Program-made: the position numbers and the translations under genes
Part shown: positions 34,501-46,044 of the stretch, piece after piece
Layout: each line of letters begins with the position of its first letter
Numbering within the stretch: position 1 is the first letter of the stretch
Notes under the pieces: model-generated
Told to the model about the DNA's origin: nothing
The model's input: only the letters and a program-made list of their open reading frames with translations
Database searches by the model: none
Source of the DNA: Gammaproteobacteria bacterium
Lineage (GTDB): Bacteria; Pseudomonadota; Gammaproteobacteria; UBA4575
Direction of reading: 5' to 3'
Assembly (NCBI GenBank): GCA_965222615.1
Contig: CBDCUI010000008.1
Location: forward strand, 704,001 to 768,000
Length of the DNA stretch: 64,000 nucleotides

Positions 34501-36967
34501 GAATGTTACGCAAACAACATTAACGAACTTACCTACGGATGGGCAGCCGATTTACATTCGATTGTATACAGGTAACAATGGAATATTCAATGTCGTTGAT
34601 GAGAATCAATACACCGCCTTTACTCCTGCACCGACTCCACAAATCGTATCACCAGCGAATGGCAGTACTTTAAGTGGTGATAGTGTAACGATTACATGGA
34701 ATGCCAATGGAGTAACCCCGCAGAACTGGGTTGTGAATGCGGGCAACAGTTCGGGGGTATCAGATTTGGCGACTTCAGGGATGTTAGCGGGCAATGCTAC
34801 ACAAGTGACATTAACCAACTTACCCACCAATGGACAAACGATATTCGTATCACTGAACACTGTTGATAATGGAATTTCCACCCTTGTCGATGAAAATCAA
34901 TATGTAGCATTTAATCCTTCTCCTGGAGTTCCACAAATCGTGACACCGGCGGAAGGCAGCACGTTACCGGGAAGTAGTGTGACGATCACATGGAATGCGA
35001 ATGGTGTAACTCCCCAGTTTTGGGCGGTGAATGCAGGCAGCAGTCCGGGTGCATCAAACTTAGCGGCATCAGGTGCGTTGGCGGGGAATGTTACGCAAAC
35101 AACATTAACGAACTTACCTACGGATGGGCAGCCGATTTACATTCGATTGTATACAGGTAACAATGGAATATTCAATGTCGTTGATGAGAATCAATACACC
35201 GCCTTTACTCCTGCACCGACTCCACAAATCGTATCACCAGCGAATGGCAGTACTTTAAGTGGTGATAGTGTAACGATTACATGGAATGCCAATGGAGTAA
35301 CCCCGCAGAACTGGGTTGTGAATGCGGGCAACAGTTCGGGGGTATCAGATTTGGCGACTTCAGGGATGTTAGCGGGCAATGCTACACAAGTGACATTAAC
35401 CAACTTACCCACCAATGGACAAACGATATTCGTATCACTGAACACTGTTGATAATGGAATTTCCACCCTTGTCGATGAAAATCAATATGTAGCATTTAAT
35501 CCTTCTCCTGGAGTTCCACAAATCGTGACACCGGCGGAAGGCAGCACGTTACCGGGAAGTAGTGTGACGATCACATGGAATGCGAATGGTGTAACTCCCC
35601 AGTTTTGGGCGGTGAATGCAGGCAGCAGTCCGGGTGCATCAAACTTAGCGGCATCAGGTGCGTTGGCGGGGAATGTTACGCAAACAACATTAACGAACTT
35701 ACCTACGGATGGGCAGCCGATTTACATTCGATTGTATACAGGTAACAATGGAATATTCAATGTCGTTGATGAGAATCAATACACCGCCTTTACTCCTGCA
35801 CCGACTCCACAAATCGTATCACCAGCGAATGGCAGTACTTTAAGTGGTGATAGTGTAACGATTACATGGAATGCCAATGGAGTAACCCCGCAGAACTGGG
35901 TTGTGAATGCGGGCAACAGTTCGGGGGTATCAGATTTGGCGACTTCAGGGATGTTAGCGGGCAATGCTACACAAGTGACATTAACCAACTTACCCACCAA
36001 TGGACAAACGATATTCGTATCACTGAACACTGTTGATAATGGAATTTCCACCCTTGTCGATGAAAATCAATATGTAGCATTTAATCCTTCTCCTGGAGTT
36101 CCACAAATCGTGACACCGGCGGAAGGCAGCACGTTACCGGGAAGTAGTGTGACGATCACATGGAATGCGAATGGTGTAACTCCCCAGTTTTGGGCGGTGA
36201 ATGCAGGCAGCAGTCCGGGTGCATCAAACTTAGCGGCATCAGGTGCGTTGGCGGGGAATGTTACGCAAACAACATTAACGAACTTACCTACGGATGGGCA
36301 GCCGATTTACATTCGATTGTATACAGGTAACAATGGAATATTCAATGTCGTTGATGAGAATCAATACACCGCCTTTACTCCTGCACCGACTCCACAAATC
36401 GTATCACCAGCGAATGGCAGTACTTTAAGTGGTGATAGTGTAACGATTACATGGAATGCCAATGGAGTAACCCCGCAGAACTGGGTTGTGAATGCGGGCA
36501 ACAGTTCGGGGGTATCAGATTTGGCGACTTCAGGGATGTTAGCGGGCAATGCTACACAAGTGACATTAACCAACTTACCCACCAATGGACAAACGATATT
36601 CGTATCACTGAACACTGTTGATAATGGAATTTCCACCCTTGTCGATGAAAATCAATATGTAGCATTTAATCCTTCTCCTGGAGTTCCACAAATCGTGACA
36701 CCGGCGGAAGGCAGCACGTTACCGGGAAGTAGTGTGACGATCACATGGAATGCGAATGGTGTAACTCCCCAGTTTTGGGCGGTGAATGCAGGCAGCAGTC
36801 CGGGTGCATCAAACTTAGCGGCATCAGGTGCGTTGGCGGGGAATGTTACGCAAACAACATTAACGAACTTACCTACGGATGGGCAGCCGATTTACATTCG
36901 ATTGTATACAGGTAACAATGGAATATTCAATGTCGTTGATGAGAATCAATATACAGCGAGTCAATAA
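31553..36967 (+). CDS. Large secreted repeat protein: 2x (beta-propeller + thrombospondin type-3 repeats), a beta-rich domain and 9 Ig/FN3-like repeats
   Basis: Signal peptide ending VYA. Two homologous YVTN-like regions. DSDxDxxxDxxDNC...DGDxFGDxCD motifs at 32564-32668 and 33665-33769. ETITVPLGTF..WYAKDIGLI domain. Alternating ~97-aa repeats at the C-terminus. Confidence 0.85.
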   Translation: MARKHHFLIKLIYILLLFCISNVYAVDTPFSIDLGADGHDLEFDSSRNVIYASVPSLNQVVVIDVSTLQLHKTITLNAQPRGLDLSLDATKLYIALNGTGSVGILDLATDVVTEVVVNQLNDLRTWDVEETEENRIFVSANPGSFGLSYIVEILVDSSGNLVSEQRVANGNVIRSGPVFGVSPDSNFLYIGDSGNSLFKLDLNQASSPIVLEDSFTLTGVDKIDLSPDGSRLHTTRGETLRTDLFVHASRNPERGLVAYGQSPDQYFLAERSSFGFNGMTNINYYDSQKSNKLGSFTIPCLADGNSFVDFLILSNDSVFLTLNDNLICGVTTDTVTKDSDSDTVRDFVDNCENIVNSDQSNIDGDEFGDACDSFPNDASNGAINDPDSNQLMFSEAVQDIIYDSARNVFYASIPLLNEIVVVNANTFQIQKRIVVGSSPRGLNLSIDNSKLLVALYGATGFAIVDLLANTVSEIVAEQLGDSRTWDVIETDTNRIFVSASPGSNGFSYIVEVKLDGSGNVISQQRVADGRIIRSGPTFALSPDGDFLYIGDGDGSLLKLDLNQANVPIVLENPNIIGNNIDEANDFVLSPDGVRIHTPRGQVINTDTFLIESQLPVGPVTYSLSGEYLLVAELSTFSNESTQVNVYNSGASQLVGTFMFTCTGDSNSFSSNNILSITADDTFVILSNAPVSNGVICRTTNNIFADSDNDSIFDISDNCPNIANTNQSNIDGDMFGDICDPYPNDANNVPTALELFPLVPGTTFNYLVNSSVQETETILPQSLFNGVQTFGVQDNEGDIEYYTNDVNGLLDYGSLDTVDGFTIISSPPLKFLNAQPILGQQINQSGTLITNDPVIGSLSYTYSSTVIGLETITVPLGTFEALRVDFTLTASGIVFLTQTSSHWYAKDIGLIRDETTTDGLLEVRELVSIQSPPQIVTPAEGSTLPGSSVTITWNANGVTPQFWAVNAGSSPGASNLAASGALAGNVTQTTLTNLPTDGQPIYIRLYTGNNGIFNVVDENQYTAFTPAPTPQIVSPANGSTLSGDSVTITWNANGVTPQNWVVNAGNSSGVSDLATSGMLAGNATQVTLTNLPTNGQTIFVSLNTVDNGISTLVDENQYVAFNPSPGVPQIVTPAEGSTLPGSSVTITWNANGVTPQFWAVNAGSSPGASNLAASGALAGNVTQTTLTNLPTDGQPIYIRLYTGNNGIFNVVDENQYTAFTPAPTPQIVSPANGSTLSGDSVTITWNANGVTPQNWVVNAGNSSGVSDLATSGMLAGNATQVTLTNLPTNGQTIFVSLNTVDNGISTLVDENQYVAFNPSPGVPQIVTPAEGSTLPGSSVTITWNANGVTPQFWAVNAGSSPGASNLAASGALAGNVTQTTLTNLPTDGQPIYIRLYTGNNGIFNVVDENQYTAFTPAPTPQIVSPANGSTLSGDSVTITWNANGVTPQNWVVNAGNSSGVSDLATSGMLAGNATQVTLTNLPTNGQTIFVSLNTVDNGISTLVDENQYVAFNPSPGVPQIVTPAEGSTLPGSSVTITWNANGVTPQFWAVNAGSSPGASNLAASGALAGNVTQTTLTNLPTDGQPIYIRLYTGNNGIFNVVDENQYTAFTPAPTPQIVSPANGSTLSGDSVTITWNANGVTPQNWVVNAGNSSGVSDLATSGMLAGNATQVTLTNLPTNGQTIFVSLNTVDNGISTLVDENQYVAFNPSPGVPQIVTPAEGSTLPGSSVTITWNANGVTPQFWAVNAGSSPGASNLAASGALAGNVTQTTLTNLPTDGQPIYIRLYTGNNGIFNVVDENQYTASQ
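34346..36951 (+). repeat. Intragenic tandem repeat, 585-bp unit, about 4.5 copies
   Basis: CCACAAATCGTGACACCGGCGGAAGG recurs at 34346, 34931, 35516, 36101 and 36686. Four identical antisense ORFs occur at 585-bp spacing. Confidence 0.97.
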
Positions 36968-37052
36968 GTTACTTTTTGATATCTAAGTTGTAATTCATAA
37001 AGAGAAGCCAAAAGGCATAACTATACTGATAATTAACTAGGTTATGTGATAA

Positions 37053-39905
37053 TTAAACGTATTCTACATCTTTTATTTTATTGAAATTTAGTATTTGTTT
37101 TAAATATTGACCGGTAAACGAGGTTTTGGATTTTGCAAGGTCTTCAGGTGTACCTGCTGCAACAACTTCGCCGCCACGATTTCCTCCTTCTGGTCCTAAA
37201 TCGATGATCCAATCAGCAGTTTTGATAATATCGAGATTGTGTTCAATTACGATGATGGTATTACCTTGATCTCTTAAATGGTGAAGTACTTTTAATAGCT
37301 GATCTACGTCATGAAAATGTAGCCCTGTTGAGGGCTCATCTAAGATATAAAGTGTTTTACCTGTACTACGTTTAGATAATTCACGAGAAAGTTTTACACG
37401 CTGGGCTTCACCGCCAGATAATGTGGTCGCACTTTGACCTAAAGTAATATAGGTCAAACCGACATCAACTAATGTCTGCAATTTGCGCTTAACGACTGGT
37501 ACAGCATCAAAGAAACGTAAAGCATCTTCAACCGTCATTTGTAATACTTCATGTATATTTTTATCTTTATAGCGAATTTCTAATGTTTCACGGTTATAGC
37601 GTTTCCCTTGACAAATATCACAAGGCACATACACGTCTGGGAGAAAGTGCATCTCTACTTTAATTACTCCATCACCTTGGCAAGCTTCACAGCGTCCACC
37701 CTTGACGTTAAAACTAAATCTACCAGGCGCGTAACCACGTGATCTAGCTTCTTGAGTATTGGAAAATAGTTCACGTATCGGGGTGAATAGACCAGTGTAA
37801 GTTGCTGGATTGGACCTTGGGGTACGCCCGATAGGACTCTGATCGATATCTATGACTTTGTCGATTTGGTCTAAGCCCTTGATTTCACTACATTCTGCAG
37901 GAAGTATGCCGGATCCGTGCAAATGTCGCATACAATGCTTATATAAGGTGTCATTAATAAGAGTAGATTTTCCCGAACCGGAAACACCGGTCACGACAGT
38001 AAATAAGCCTAAAGGTATTTCCACAGAAATATTTTTGAGATTATTACCGGAAGCCTTAACAATCTTTAAGGTTTTAGTTTTTTGAAAGGGATTACGAAAA
38101 CTAGGCACATCAATTACACGTTTGTGCGCAAGATATTGTCCGGTTAAAGAGGTAGTACTTTTCTCGATATCTGCAGGAATGCCCTGAGCAACTACTTTCC
38201 CACCATGTACACCCGCACCTGGGCCCATATCGAGCACATGGTCTGCACTACGTATTGCTTCTTCATCGTGTTCTACAACAATCACAGTATTACCCAAATC
38301 TCTAAGGTAAGTGAGTGTATTTAATAAGCGTTTATTATCTCGTTGATGCAATCCAATCGAAGGTTCATCGAGTATATACATCACGCCAACTAAACCAGAA
38401 CCAATTTGACTTGCAAGCCGAATGCGTTGTGCTTCACCGCCAGATAATGTGTCTGCACTGCGATCAAGTGTTAGATAATCTAAACCTACATTAACTAAAA
38501 ATTTAAGCCTTTCATTAATTTCATTAATTATTTTTTCACCTACAGTTGCCAGATGCCCGGGAAGTTTTAGTTTTGTAAAAAAACTTAGGGACTCTTCTGT
38601 CGGCCATGATGTCATAGTGGGTAAGTTGATATCGTTTATATATACATTGCGGGCTTCCACATTTAAACGATCACCATTACATTCTTGACAAGTTTGAGTA
38701 GTAAGATACTTGCTCAGCTCTTCGCGTACTGCACTAGACTCGGTTTCATGAAAGCGACGATCCATATTCGGGATAATGCCTTCAAAGGCATGCCAACGTT
38801 TATAAGTTTTTCCATTTTGATTCGTGTATTTAAATGGTACCTCTTCATCTTCACTGCCATACATGAGGATGTCTTGAATTTCTTCATCGAGCTCATAATA
38901 AGGAGCTTCAATATCAAATTCATAATGTTCGGCGAGCGATTGAATTAGGTTAAAGTAATAGGGATTGCGACGGTCCCAACCACGAATAGCACCACCGGCT
39001 AAACTTATTTCGTCGTTGATAACTACTAATTCGGGGTCAAAAAATTGCTCTAGACCCAAACCGTCGCATTCCTTACATGCGCCAACCGGGTTATTAAATG
39101 AAAAAAGACGAGGTTCAAGTTCGTTTAAACTATAGCCACATTTTGGGCAGGCAAACTTTGCAGAAAAAATCATTTCTGCTTCATTTGGGTTATCCATAGA
39201 TTGGACAATGGCAATGTCGTCAGCAAGTTTTAAAGCTGTTTCAAATGATTCTGTTAAACGTAACTTCAAATCTGGTTTAACTTTAAAACGATCTACGATG
39301 ACTTCTATGCTATGTTTACGACGTAGATCTAACTTTGGTGGCGAGTCCAGCTCATAGATCTCGCCATCAATACGAGCACGTAAAAAACCTTGAGACTGTA
39401 ATTTCGCTAATAGTTGTACATGTTCTCCTTTTCGATTCTGAATAACCGGTGCCAATAGCATCAATTTTTTATTGGCTTCAAGTGATAGCACTTTATCTAC
39501 CATTTGACTGATGGTTTGCGCATGTAAATCTATATGATGTGTAGGGCAACGCGGTGTACCTGCACGTGCAAATAGCAAACGTAAGTAATCGTATATTTCT
39601 GTAATGGTTCCTACTGTAGAACGTGGGTTATGTGAAGTAGCTTTTTGTTCTATTGATATGGAAGGTGATAACCCATCAATATTATCGATATCGGGTTTTT
39701 CCATGCGTGCTAGAAACTGACGCGCATATGCAGATAAAGATTCCACATAGCGACGTTGACCCTCAGCAAAAATAGTGTCAAAAGCCAGCGATGATTTACC
39801 AGAGCCAGAAAGGCCGGTTATGACAATCAACTTGTCTCTTGGAAGATCTACATTGATATTCTGTAGATTATGAGTCCGCGCACCTCGAATGCTGATTTGT
39901 TTCAT
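37053..39905 (-). CDS. uvrA: Excinuclease ABC subunit A
   Basis: GLSGSGKS and GVSGSGKS Walker A motifs, two LSGGEAQR signatures and zinc fingers; 950 aa. Confidence 0.99.
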   Translation of the reverse strand: MKQISIRGARTHNLQNINVDLPRDKLIVITGLSGSGKSSLAFDTIFAEGQRRYVESLSAYARQFLARMEKPDIDNIDGLSPSISIEQKATSHNPRSTVGTITEIYDYLRLLFARAGTPRCPTHHIDLHAQTISQMVDKVLSLEANKKLMLLAPVIQNRKGEHVQLLAKLQSQGFLRARIDGEIYELDSPPKLDLRRKHSIEVIVDRFKVKPDLKLRLTESFETALKLADDIAIVQSMDNPNEAEMIFSAKFACPKCGYSLNELEPRLFSFNNPVGACKECDGLGLEQFFDPELVVINDEISLAGGAIRGWDRRNPYYFNLIQSLAEHYEFDIEAPYYELDEEIQDILMYGSEDEEVPFKYTNQNGKTYKRWHAFEGIIPNMDRRFHETESSAVREELSKYLTTQTCQECNGDRLNVEARNVYINDINLPTMTSWPTEESLSFFTKLKLPGHLATVGEKIINEINERLKFLVNVGLDYLTLDRSADTLSGGEAQRIRLASQIGSGLVGVMYILDEPSIGLHQRDNKRLLNTLTYLRDLGNTVIVVEHDEEAIRSADHVLDMGPGAGVHGGKVVAQGIPADIEKSTTSLTGQYLAHKRVIDVPSFRNPFQKTKTLKIVKASGNNLKNISVEIPLGLFTVVTGVSGSGKSTLINDTLYKHCMRHLHGSGILPAECSEIKGLDQIDKVIDIDQSPIGRTPRSNPATYTGLFTPIRELFSNTQEARSRGYAPGRFSFNVKGGRCEACQGDGVIKVEMHFLPDVYVPCDICQGKRYNRETLEIRYKDKNIHEVLQMTVEDALRFFDAVPVVKRKLQTLVDVGLTYITLGQSATTLSGGEAQRVKLSRELSKRSTGKTLYILDEPSTGLHFHDVDQLLKVLHHLRDQGNTIIVIEHNLDIIKTADWIIDLGPEGGNRGGEVVAAGTPEDLAKSKTSFTGQYLKQILNFNKIKDVEYV

Positions 39906-40164
39906 CTCAATAATCGGATTAGGCCAAACCTTCTAATATACGTGTTTATCAAGCTGAGAGCCAAAACCTATAGAAAGGCTTTTATAGATTTGTATAACAG
40001 TAATTATGTTTTAAGTGCAAGCTAAAAAATGTCTTATATGTAGTTGATTTTTAAAGCTTGGCTACAAAGCATACTATGCACATAAGACTTCGTGTTTTTT
40101 GTCCCGCAAGTCCGTAAAATAGTAGCTCATGATAATTAACAATTTAAAAAGCAGGTAATTTGAG

Positions 40165-40605
40165 ATGGCGAGAGGCGTAAATAAAGTTATATTGGTGGGT
40201 AATTTAGGGCAAGATCCTGAAGTTAAATATATGCCAAGTGGACAAGCGGTATGTAATATCAGTGTTGCCACGACTGAATCTTGGAATGACAAGAATTCTG
40301 GTGAAAAAGTTGAAAAAACTGAATGGCATCGTGTGGTGTTCTTTCGCAGGTTGGCAGAAATTGCTGGAGAATATCTTCGTAAAGGCTCGCAAGTTTATAT
40401 AGAGGGGCGTTTACAAACTCGCAAATGGCAAGATCAAAGTGGTAATGATAGATATACCACTGAAATCGTTGCTAATGATATGCAGATGTTAGGCAGTAAA
40501 GGTGGTGGTACTGCGATGATGTCAGAACCCCCATCGAGCTCAGAACCAGAAGCTGTTACAGCTGGTTCGTCTTCTGATGATTTTGATGACGATATTCCAT
40601 TTTAG
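40165..40605 (+). CDS. ssb: Single-stranded DNA-binding protein
   Basis: [12 protein letters not shown] and C-terminal DFDDDIPF; divergent from uvrA. Confidence 0.99.
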   Translation: MARGVNKVILVGNLGQDPEVKYMPSGQAVCNISVATTESWNDKNSGEKVEKTEWHRVVFFRRLAEIAGEYLRKGSQVYIEGRLQTRKWQDQSGNDRYTTEIVANDMQMLGSKGGGTAMMSEPPSSSEPEAVTAGSSSDDFDDDIPF

Positions 40606-40801
40606 TTATTAAATTTTTATTCTGTAGCTATTAGCCGTATAACATCCTTTGTTTGTAAGCGGCAATATTGAATTTCATTTAGCTGATGTGTTGCTATGTT
40701 GTGTTTGAACTACATAGGTTAGTTACCGTTGTATATTTTATATCTTATTTCTACCCTATAAAGACTTTATTCAAGATTGAATTTCCATAAAATAGCAACC
40801 G

Positions 40802-41899
40802 ATGTCTAGCGATAAAAAGAAAGCATTAATAACTGGTGTTACTGGTCAGGATGGCGCCTATCTAGCTGAATTTTTACTTAATAAGAATTATGAAGTTCAC
40901 GGTATTAAACGAAGAGCGTCTTCATTTAATACTAGTCGGATTGATCATCTTTACCAGGATCCGCATGAAGCAAACAGAAATTTTATTCTGCACTATGGGG
41001 ATTTAACAGATTCAACAAATTTGATTAGAATAATACAGGAAGTTCGTCCAGATGAGATCTATAATTTAGCTGCACAAAGTCATGTGGCAGTATCTTTTGA
41101 AAGCCCTGAATACACGGCGAATGCTGATGCGCTAGGGACACTCCGGCTTCTCGAAGCTATTCGTATATTAGGTTTAGAAAAACAGACTCGTTTTTATCAA
41201 GCCTCTACTAGTGAAATGTTTGGTAAAGTGCAAGAAGTTCCCCAAACAGAAAAAACTGCATTTTACCCTCGAAGCCCATACGGTGTTGCTAAAGTTTATG
41301 CATATTGGATGTGTGTGAATTATCGAGAGGCTTATGGAATATTTGCAAGTAATGGAATATTGTTCAACCATGAATCGCCTATACGCGGTGAAACGTTTGT
41401 CACTAGAAAAATAACAAGGGCTGCTGCTCGGATTAAACTCGGTCTTCAAGATAAACTATATTTAGGCAATCTCGATGCAAAAAGAGATTGGGGGCACGCA
41501 AAGGACTATATAGATGCGCAATGGAGAATACTTCAACAAGATGAACCAGATGATTTTGTAATAGCAACAGGTGAGCAACATTCTGTGCGTGAATTAGTTG
41601 AAAGTGCTTTTGAGGAAATTGGGATCGAAATTGAGTGGGAGGGTAGCGGAGTAAATGAAATAGGTAAAAATATGTCTTCGGGTAAGGAAGTTGTTGCAAT
41701 AGATCCTCATTATTTTCGACCAACAGAAGTGGATGCATTATTAGGGGATCCTTCAAAAGCTCATGAAAAACTAGGGTGGAAGGCTAGCATTTCATTTAAA
41801 GACATGGTTGCAGAAATGATTCGAGAAGACATACGAGATGCAGAAAAAGATGAGCTATGTCGAAGTCAAGGGTATCGCACCTATCAATATTTTGAGTAA
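40802..41899 (+). CDS. gmd: GDP-mannose 4,6-dehydratase
   Basis: [25 protein letters not shown] and ILFNHES motifs. Confidence 0.97.
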   Translation: MSSDKKKALITGVTGQDGAYLAEFLLNKNYEVHGIKRRASSFNTSRIDHLYQDPHEANRNFILHYGDLTDSTNLIRIIQEVRPDEIYNLAAQSHVAVSFESPEYTANADALGTLRLLEAIRILGLEKQTRFYQASTSEMFGKVQEVPQTEKTAFYPRSPYGVAKVYAYWMCVNYREAYGIFASNGILFNHESPIRGETFVTRKITRAAARIKLGLQDKLYLGNLDAKRDWGHAKDYIDAQWRILQQDEPDDFVIATGEQHSVRELVESAFEEIGIEIEWEGSGVNEIGKNMSSGKEVVAIDPHYFRPTEVDALLGDPSKAHEKLGWKASISFKDMVAEMIREDIRDAEKDELCRSQGYRTYQYFE

Positions 41900-41908
41900 T
41901 AAAGTACT

Positions 41909-42835
41909 TTGAATAAAGATAGCAAGATATATGTAGCCGGGCATAGTGGTTTGGTTGGGTCAGCATTAGTTCGTGCATTAAATGCTAAGGCTTATACTAA
42001 TCTCATAGTGAAGACTAGAGCAGAGTTAGACTTAAGAAACCAATCTGCAGTTGAAGATTTCTTTTCTAAGGAACAGCCAGAATACGTCTTTATTGCAGCC
42101 GCTAAAGTTGGAGGGATTCTTGCAAATAATGATTATCCTGCTGATTTTATTTATGAAAATTTAATAATCGAGGCTAATTTAATACATGCGGCTTATAAAA
42201 ATAAAGTAAAAAAACTTTTGTTCTTAGGTAGTACTTGCGTATATCCAAAATTAGCTCCACAGCCAATCAAAGAAGAATCATTACTGACTGGGTCGTTAGA
42301 AGAAACAAATCAGTGGTATGCGATTGCGAAAATTTCCGGGATTAAGCTATGTGAAGCTTATTCGAGACAGTATGGATGTGATTTTATTTCGGCTATGCCA
42401 ACTAATTTATATGGACCAGGAGATAATTTTGATTTAGAGACTTCTCATGTTTTGCCCGCGCTAATTCGAAAATTTCATGAGGCAAAATTAAATGATGATT
42501 CAAGTGTGGAAATATGGGGTAGTGGAAAACCACGACGTGAATTTTTACATGTTTATGATTGTGCAGATGCCTGTTTGCATATTATGCGATGTGACACAGT
42601 AAATGATCTAACTAATATAGGGGCTGGCCATGATTTAACTATTTCGGAGTTGGCGTATCTTATAAAAAATGTAGTGGGTTATGAAGGCACTATTCACTAC
42701 AATGCTAATAAGCCTGATGGCACACCACAAAAATTAACAGATGTAAACAAAATTAAATCTACAGGTTGGCAGCCGAAAATAACTCTTGAAGAAGGGATCA
42801 AAAGTACATATCAATGGTACAAAGAAAACATTTAA
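41909..42835 (+). CDS. fcl: GDP-L-fucose synthase
   Basis: [17 protein letters not shown] and MPTNLYGP motifs; follows gmd. Confidence 0.95.
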   Translation: MNKDSKIYVAGHSGLVGSALVRALNAKAYTNLIVKTRAELDLRNQSAVEDFFSKEQPEYVFIAAAKVGGILANNDYPADFIYENLIIEANLIHAAYKNKVKKLLFLGSTCVYPKLAPQPIKEESLLTGSLEETNQWYAIAKISGIKLCEAYSRQYGCDFISAMPTNLYGPGDNFDLETSHVLPALIRKFHEAKLNDDSSVEIWGSGKPRREFLHVYDCADACLHIMRCDTVNDLTNIGAGHDLTISELAYLIKNVVGYEGTIHYNANKPDGTPQKLTDVNKIKSTGWQPKITLEEGIKSTYQWYKENI

Positions 42836-42883
42836 TATTGAAATTATGAAAATTTATTCAAGTTCAAATTATGGATATTAATT

Positions 42884-43729
42884 GTGGCAAATAAGCCAGA
42901 ATGGTTATTAGACTATCAGAACAATCATTACTCACAAAGTGGCGAAGATGGTGTAATAAAAAAAATATTAGAAATCTTGCCTGAAACCAACAATTGGTGT
43001 GTTGAATTCGGTGCATGGGATGGGATCTATTTAAGTAATGTTAGATCTTTAATTGAAAGTTCAGGTTACTCATCGGTTTTGATCGAAGGATCGAAAAAAA
43101 AATTCAAAACCCTTAAGAAAAACTATCAAAAGTATAATAATGTATATCCACTCAATAATTATGTAGGGTTTTCAGAGGATGATAATCTTGATGTAATCTT
43201 AGCAAACACAAAAATACCCTTGGATTTTGACTTTTTATCAATAGATGTCGATGGAAATGATTATCATATTTGGAAATCAACAACTAAGTACACTCCTAAA
43301 GTCGTATGTATTGAATACAATCCCACAATACCTACAGAAGTGGATTTTGTTCAGGAACCAAATCCAAATATTAGTCAAGGCTCAAGTCTTTCAGCTTTGG
43401 TGAAATTGGGTCAATATAAAGGTTATGAGTTGATTTCGGTACTAAAGTGGAATGCATTTTTTGTTAAGAAGGAATATTTCCCGCTTTTTGAAATTTATGA
43501 TAATTCACCTGCAACGCTTAGAAAGTCATTGGATATGATCACATATCTATTCGTTGGGTTTGATGGCAAAGTATTTTTGCAAGGCAGCAAAAAATTATAT
43601 TGGCACAATATTATGTTTAGTGAAAAAGACATTAAAGTTTTGCCTAAAATACTTCAAAAAGCTCCTGTTAACTACGGTTTGATAGAAAAGATATTATTTC
43701 ATATTTATAAATTAAGACGAGGGGTTTAG
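42884..43729 (+). CDS. Putative FkbM-like methyltransferase
   Basis: YSQSGEDG, VEFGAWDG, LSIDVDGNDY and IEYN motifs. Confidence 0.7.
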   Translation: MANKPEWLLDYQNNHYSQSGEDGVIKKILEILPETNNWCVEFGAWDGIYLSNVRSLIESSGYSSVLIEGSKKKFKTLKKNYQKYNNVYPLNNYVGFSEDDNLDVILANTKIPLDFDFLSIDVDGNDYHIWKSTTKYTPKVVCIEYNPTIPTEVDFVQEPNPNISQGSSLSALVKLGQYKGYELISVLKWNAFFVKKEYFPLFEIYDNSPATLRKSLDMITYLFVGFDGKVFLQGSKKLYWHNIMFSEKDIKVLPKILQKAPVNYGLIEKILFHIYKLRRGV

Positions 43730-43833
43730 GCATTAAAAAGATTTCTTCGACGTAAAAAAAATGAATAGTCTACTTAGTCACTCGGTCGCATGTTGAAGTT
43801 ATTAAATCTAATCATAAGTTCAAATAATATATT

Positions 43834-45114
43834 TTGATCAATAAATTATTATATTTTCGGGGTGAAATATTTTGGGTTGTATTGGGCCAAGTGATAACTT
43901 TCATTGGCAGCATAGTAGCAATAAAAGTGTTATCTGTAATTATGGGAACTACTGGCTACGGTCAGCTAGCATTAGGGCTGACGATTTCAGGATTGATAAC
44001 AATGTTAGTGTTTGGTCCAATCTCTCAAGGAGTCTTACGTTTTTACTCTATATTTAATGACCAAAATAAAATTGGCGTTTACTTTTACTTATTCCGACAT
44101 AAGTCAATTTCTTCAATACTGATTTTACTTCTAGTTGCTTTATTTTTATTAATTTTCACTTATCAATATATGGGATTAGAGTGGGCATTAATAATACTCG
44201 CATCTATATTATTTGGAGTTTTAAGCGGAGTAAATGGATTATTAGTTTCGTATTTAACTGCTTTAAGAAAAAGAAAAGATGTTGCAATTTTGCAAGCAGG
44301 TGATGTCTGGTTGCGACTGTTTGCTGCATTTGTAGCTATAATACTTATCAATACGAAAGGTTATTCAGCATTATTAGGTTATTGCCTTGGAACAGTAGTA
44401 ATAACTTGGTCATTATGGACTGTTAACTGTAAACAGAAAGTAGTAAATAAGCATAGAATTGAAAACAATGAACTACTACATAGTTATGAACAAGATATAA
44501 ATAAATTTATCGGTCCTATTAGACTTTTTGCGCTTTTTGCTATTGTAAGTCAATATTCTGATCGTTGGGTAATTATGCTGCATAATGGAGAGGATTTAGT
44601 GGGCATATATGCAGTAATGTATATGATCGCAAATGCTCCTATTATGCTCATTGCTAATACGACTTCACAATTTATCGCGCCCATATTATTTGACAAAGCG
44701 GGTAGTTTAAAGGTATTCAAAAACATAAAGAGTAGCTCACAGTCAGTACAATTCACTGCATTTGCATTGACTTTAATATTTATCCCGATTGTAATAATTG
44801 CTGGTTTTTATGGAGAAGAAATTATACGTTTACTATCAAGTGAAGAATTTAGTGTGCATGGATCAATTCTTTGGGTAGTTGTAATAGGTGTAGGTTTAGC
44901 AAATATCGCACAAATTCTCATAGTAAAGGGTCTTGTATTAAATAGAACAGATATATATATAGCACCTAAAATAGTGCAAGCAGTGACATTTTTGTTGTTT
45001 GCGTATTTGTTAATTGCTAAGTATGGAGTTTTAGGTGTCGCAATCTCTCTATGTGTATCCTCAAGCGCATATCTTTTATCAGTTATACTGGTTAATCGTT
45101 ATGTTATGGATTAA
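43834..45114 (+). CDS. wzx: Wzx-like oligosaccharide flippase
   Basis: About 12 hydrophobic segments and an SDRWVI..VGIYAV pattern; glycan-cluster context. Confidence 0.75.
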   Translation: MINKLLYFRGEIFWVVLGQVITFIGSIVAIKVLSVIMGTTGYGQLALGLTISGLITMLVFGPISQGVLRFYSIFNDQNKIGVYFYLFRHKSISSILILLLVALFLLIFTYQYMGLEWALIILASILFGVLSGVNGLLVSYLTALRKRKDVAILQAGDVWLRLFAAFVAIILINTKGYSALLGYCLGTVVITWSLWTVNCKQKVVNKHRIENNELLHSYEQDINKFIGPIRLFALFAIVSQYSDRWVIMLHNGEDLVGIYAVMYMIANAPIMLIANTTSQFIAPILFDKAGSLKVFKNIKSSSQSVQFTAFALTLIFIPIVIIAGFYGEEIIRLLSSEEFSVHGSILWVVVIGVGLANIAQILIVKGLVLNRTDIYIAPKIVQAVTFLLFAYLLIAKYGVLGVAISLCVSSSAYLLSVILVNRYVMD

Positions 45115-45149
45115 TCCTAATCAAAGTAGTGTGCTTAATTTAATTACAA

Positions 45150-45905
45150 ATGAATATAAAAAAGAATAAATTTGTACAATGGATATGGCAAGTGCTCTCC
45201 CCGATTCTTCCAGTTGAGCAAATTGTAGGGGCTATAAAATTTCCTGCATACATTGTAGATATTGCCAAATATCGAGCTATTGGTGGTGAAGTAGAAGTAA
45301 AAAATTTATACCCATGCTTAAACGATAAAACTGCAACGACCTCTATTGATTGGCATTATTTTTATCAAGCACATTGGGGGTTAGAAAAAATTTATAAAAG
45401 CAAAGTATCTAAACATGTCGATATTGGTTCAGATGTAAGATTAATTGGTCTTTTATCAGTAATAACTGATGTATATTTTATTGATATCAGGCCATTTAAT
45501 CCAAAGCAAAAGCATTTTTTTTCTATAGAAAGCAGTATCTCATGTTTGCCTCTACAAACTGAATCAATTACTTCTTTGTCGTGTTTAAGTGTTGCAGAAC
45601 ATATTGGGTTGGGGAGATATGGTGATGAATTAGATATAGATGGAACAAAAAAGGCATGTAGTGAGCTAGAAAGAGTTCTTGCTAAAGGTGGGGATTTATA
45701 TTTTAGTCTTCCTATCGGCGAAGAACGAGTGTGTTTCAATGCACATAGGATCTTTAGGACATCAACGATAAAAGAATTTTTCCCTAATTTAAAATTGTTT
45801 GAACTTTCTGTTGTAAATGATAGTGGCCAGTATGCGCATAATGTAAATCCTGATGACTACAATAATCAAAGATTTACAAATGGTTTATTTCATTTTAAAA
45901 AATGA
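45150..45905 (+). CDS. DUF268-like putative methyltransferase
   Basis: HYFYQ, HVDIGS, EHIGLGRYGD and FNAHRIF motifs. Confidence 0.7.
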   Translation: MNIKKNKFVQWIWQVLSPILPVEQIVGAIKFPAYIVDIAKYRAIGGEVEVKNLYPCLNDKTATTSIDWHYFYQAHWGLEKIYKSKVSKHVDIGSDVRLIGLLSVITDVYFIDIRPFNPKQKHFFSIESSISCLPLQTESITSLSCLSVAEHIGLGRYGDELDIDGTKKACSELERVLAKGGDLYFSLPIGEERVCFNAHRIFRTSTIKEFFPNLKLFELSVVNDSGQYAHNVNPDDYNNQRFTNGLFHFKK

Positions 45906-46044
45906 CTTATTTATATAATATCTATATTAATATTTGTATAAAATATTATTTTATAAACATGTATCACATAATTTAAACATTGAAACTTACTGATTATGAT
46001 AGTGTTAAGTTCATTACTGGTTTTTAATTATAAGGTTTAAATTT

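Noticed and set aside
34606-36636. Four identical 91-aa minus-strand ORFs
   Set aside because: They are antisense shadows of the coding tandem repeat.
34346-36951. Long direct repeats as a CRISPR array or mobile element
   Set aside because: The units are 585 bp, in frame and contiguous, with no unique spacers and no cas or transposase genes.
39906-40164. LexA SOS box between uvrA and ssb
   Set aside because: Only a half site (ATAACAG near 40000) is present, with no CTGT-N8-ACAG match.
40606-40801. JUMPstart/ops element before gmd
   Set aside because: The closest sequence, AGCGGCAATATTG, is too far from GGCGGTAGnnTG.
45906-46044. Very AT-rich spacer in the glycan cluster
   Set aside because: No repeat, ORF or convincing motif; consistent with the low-GC background.
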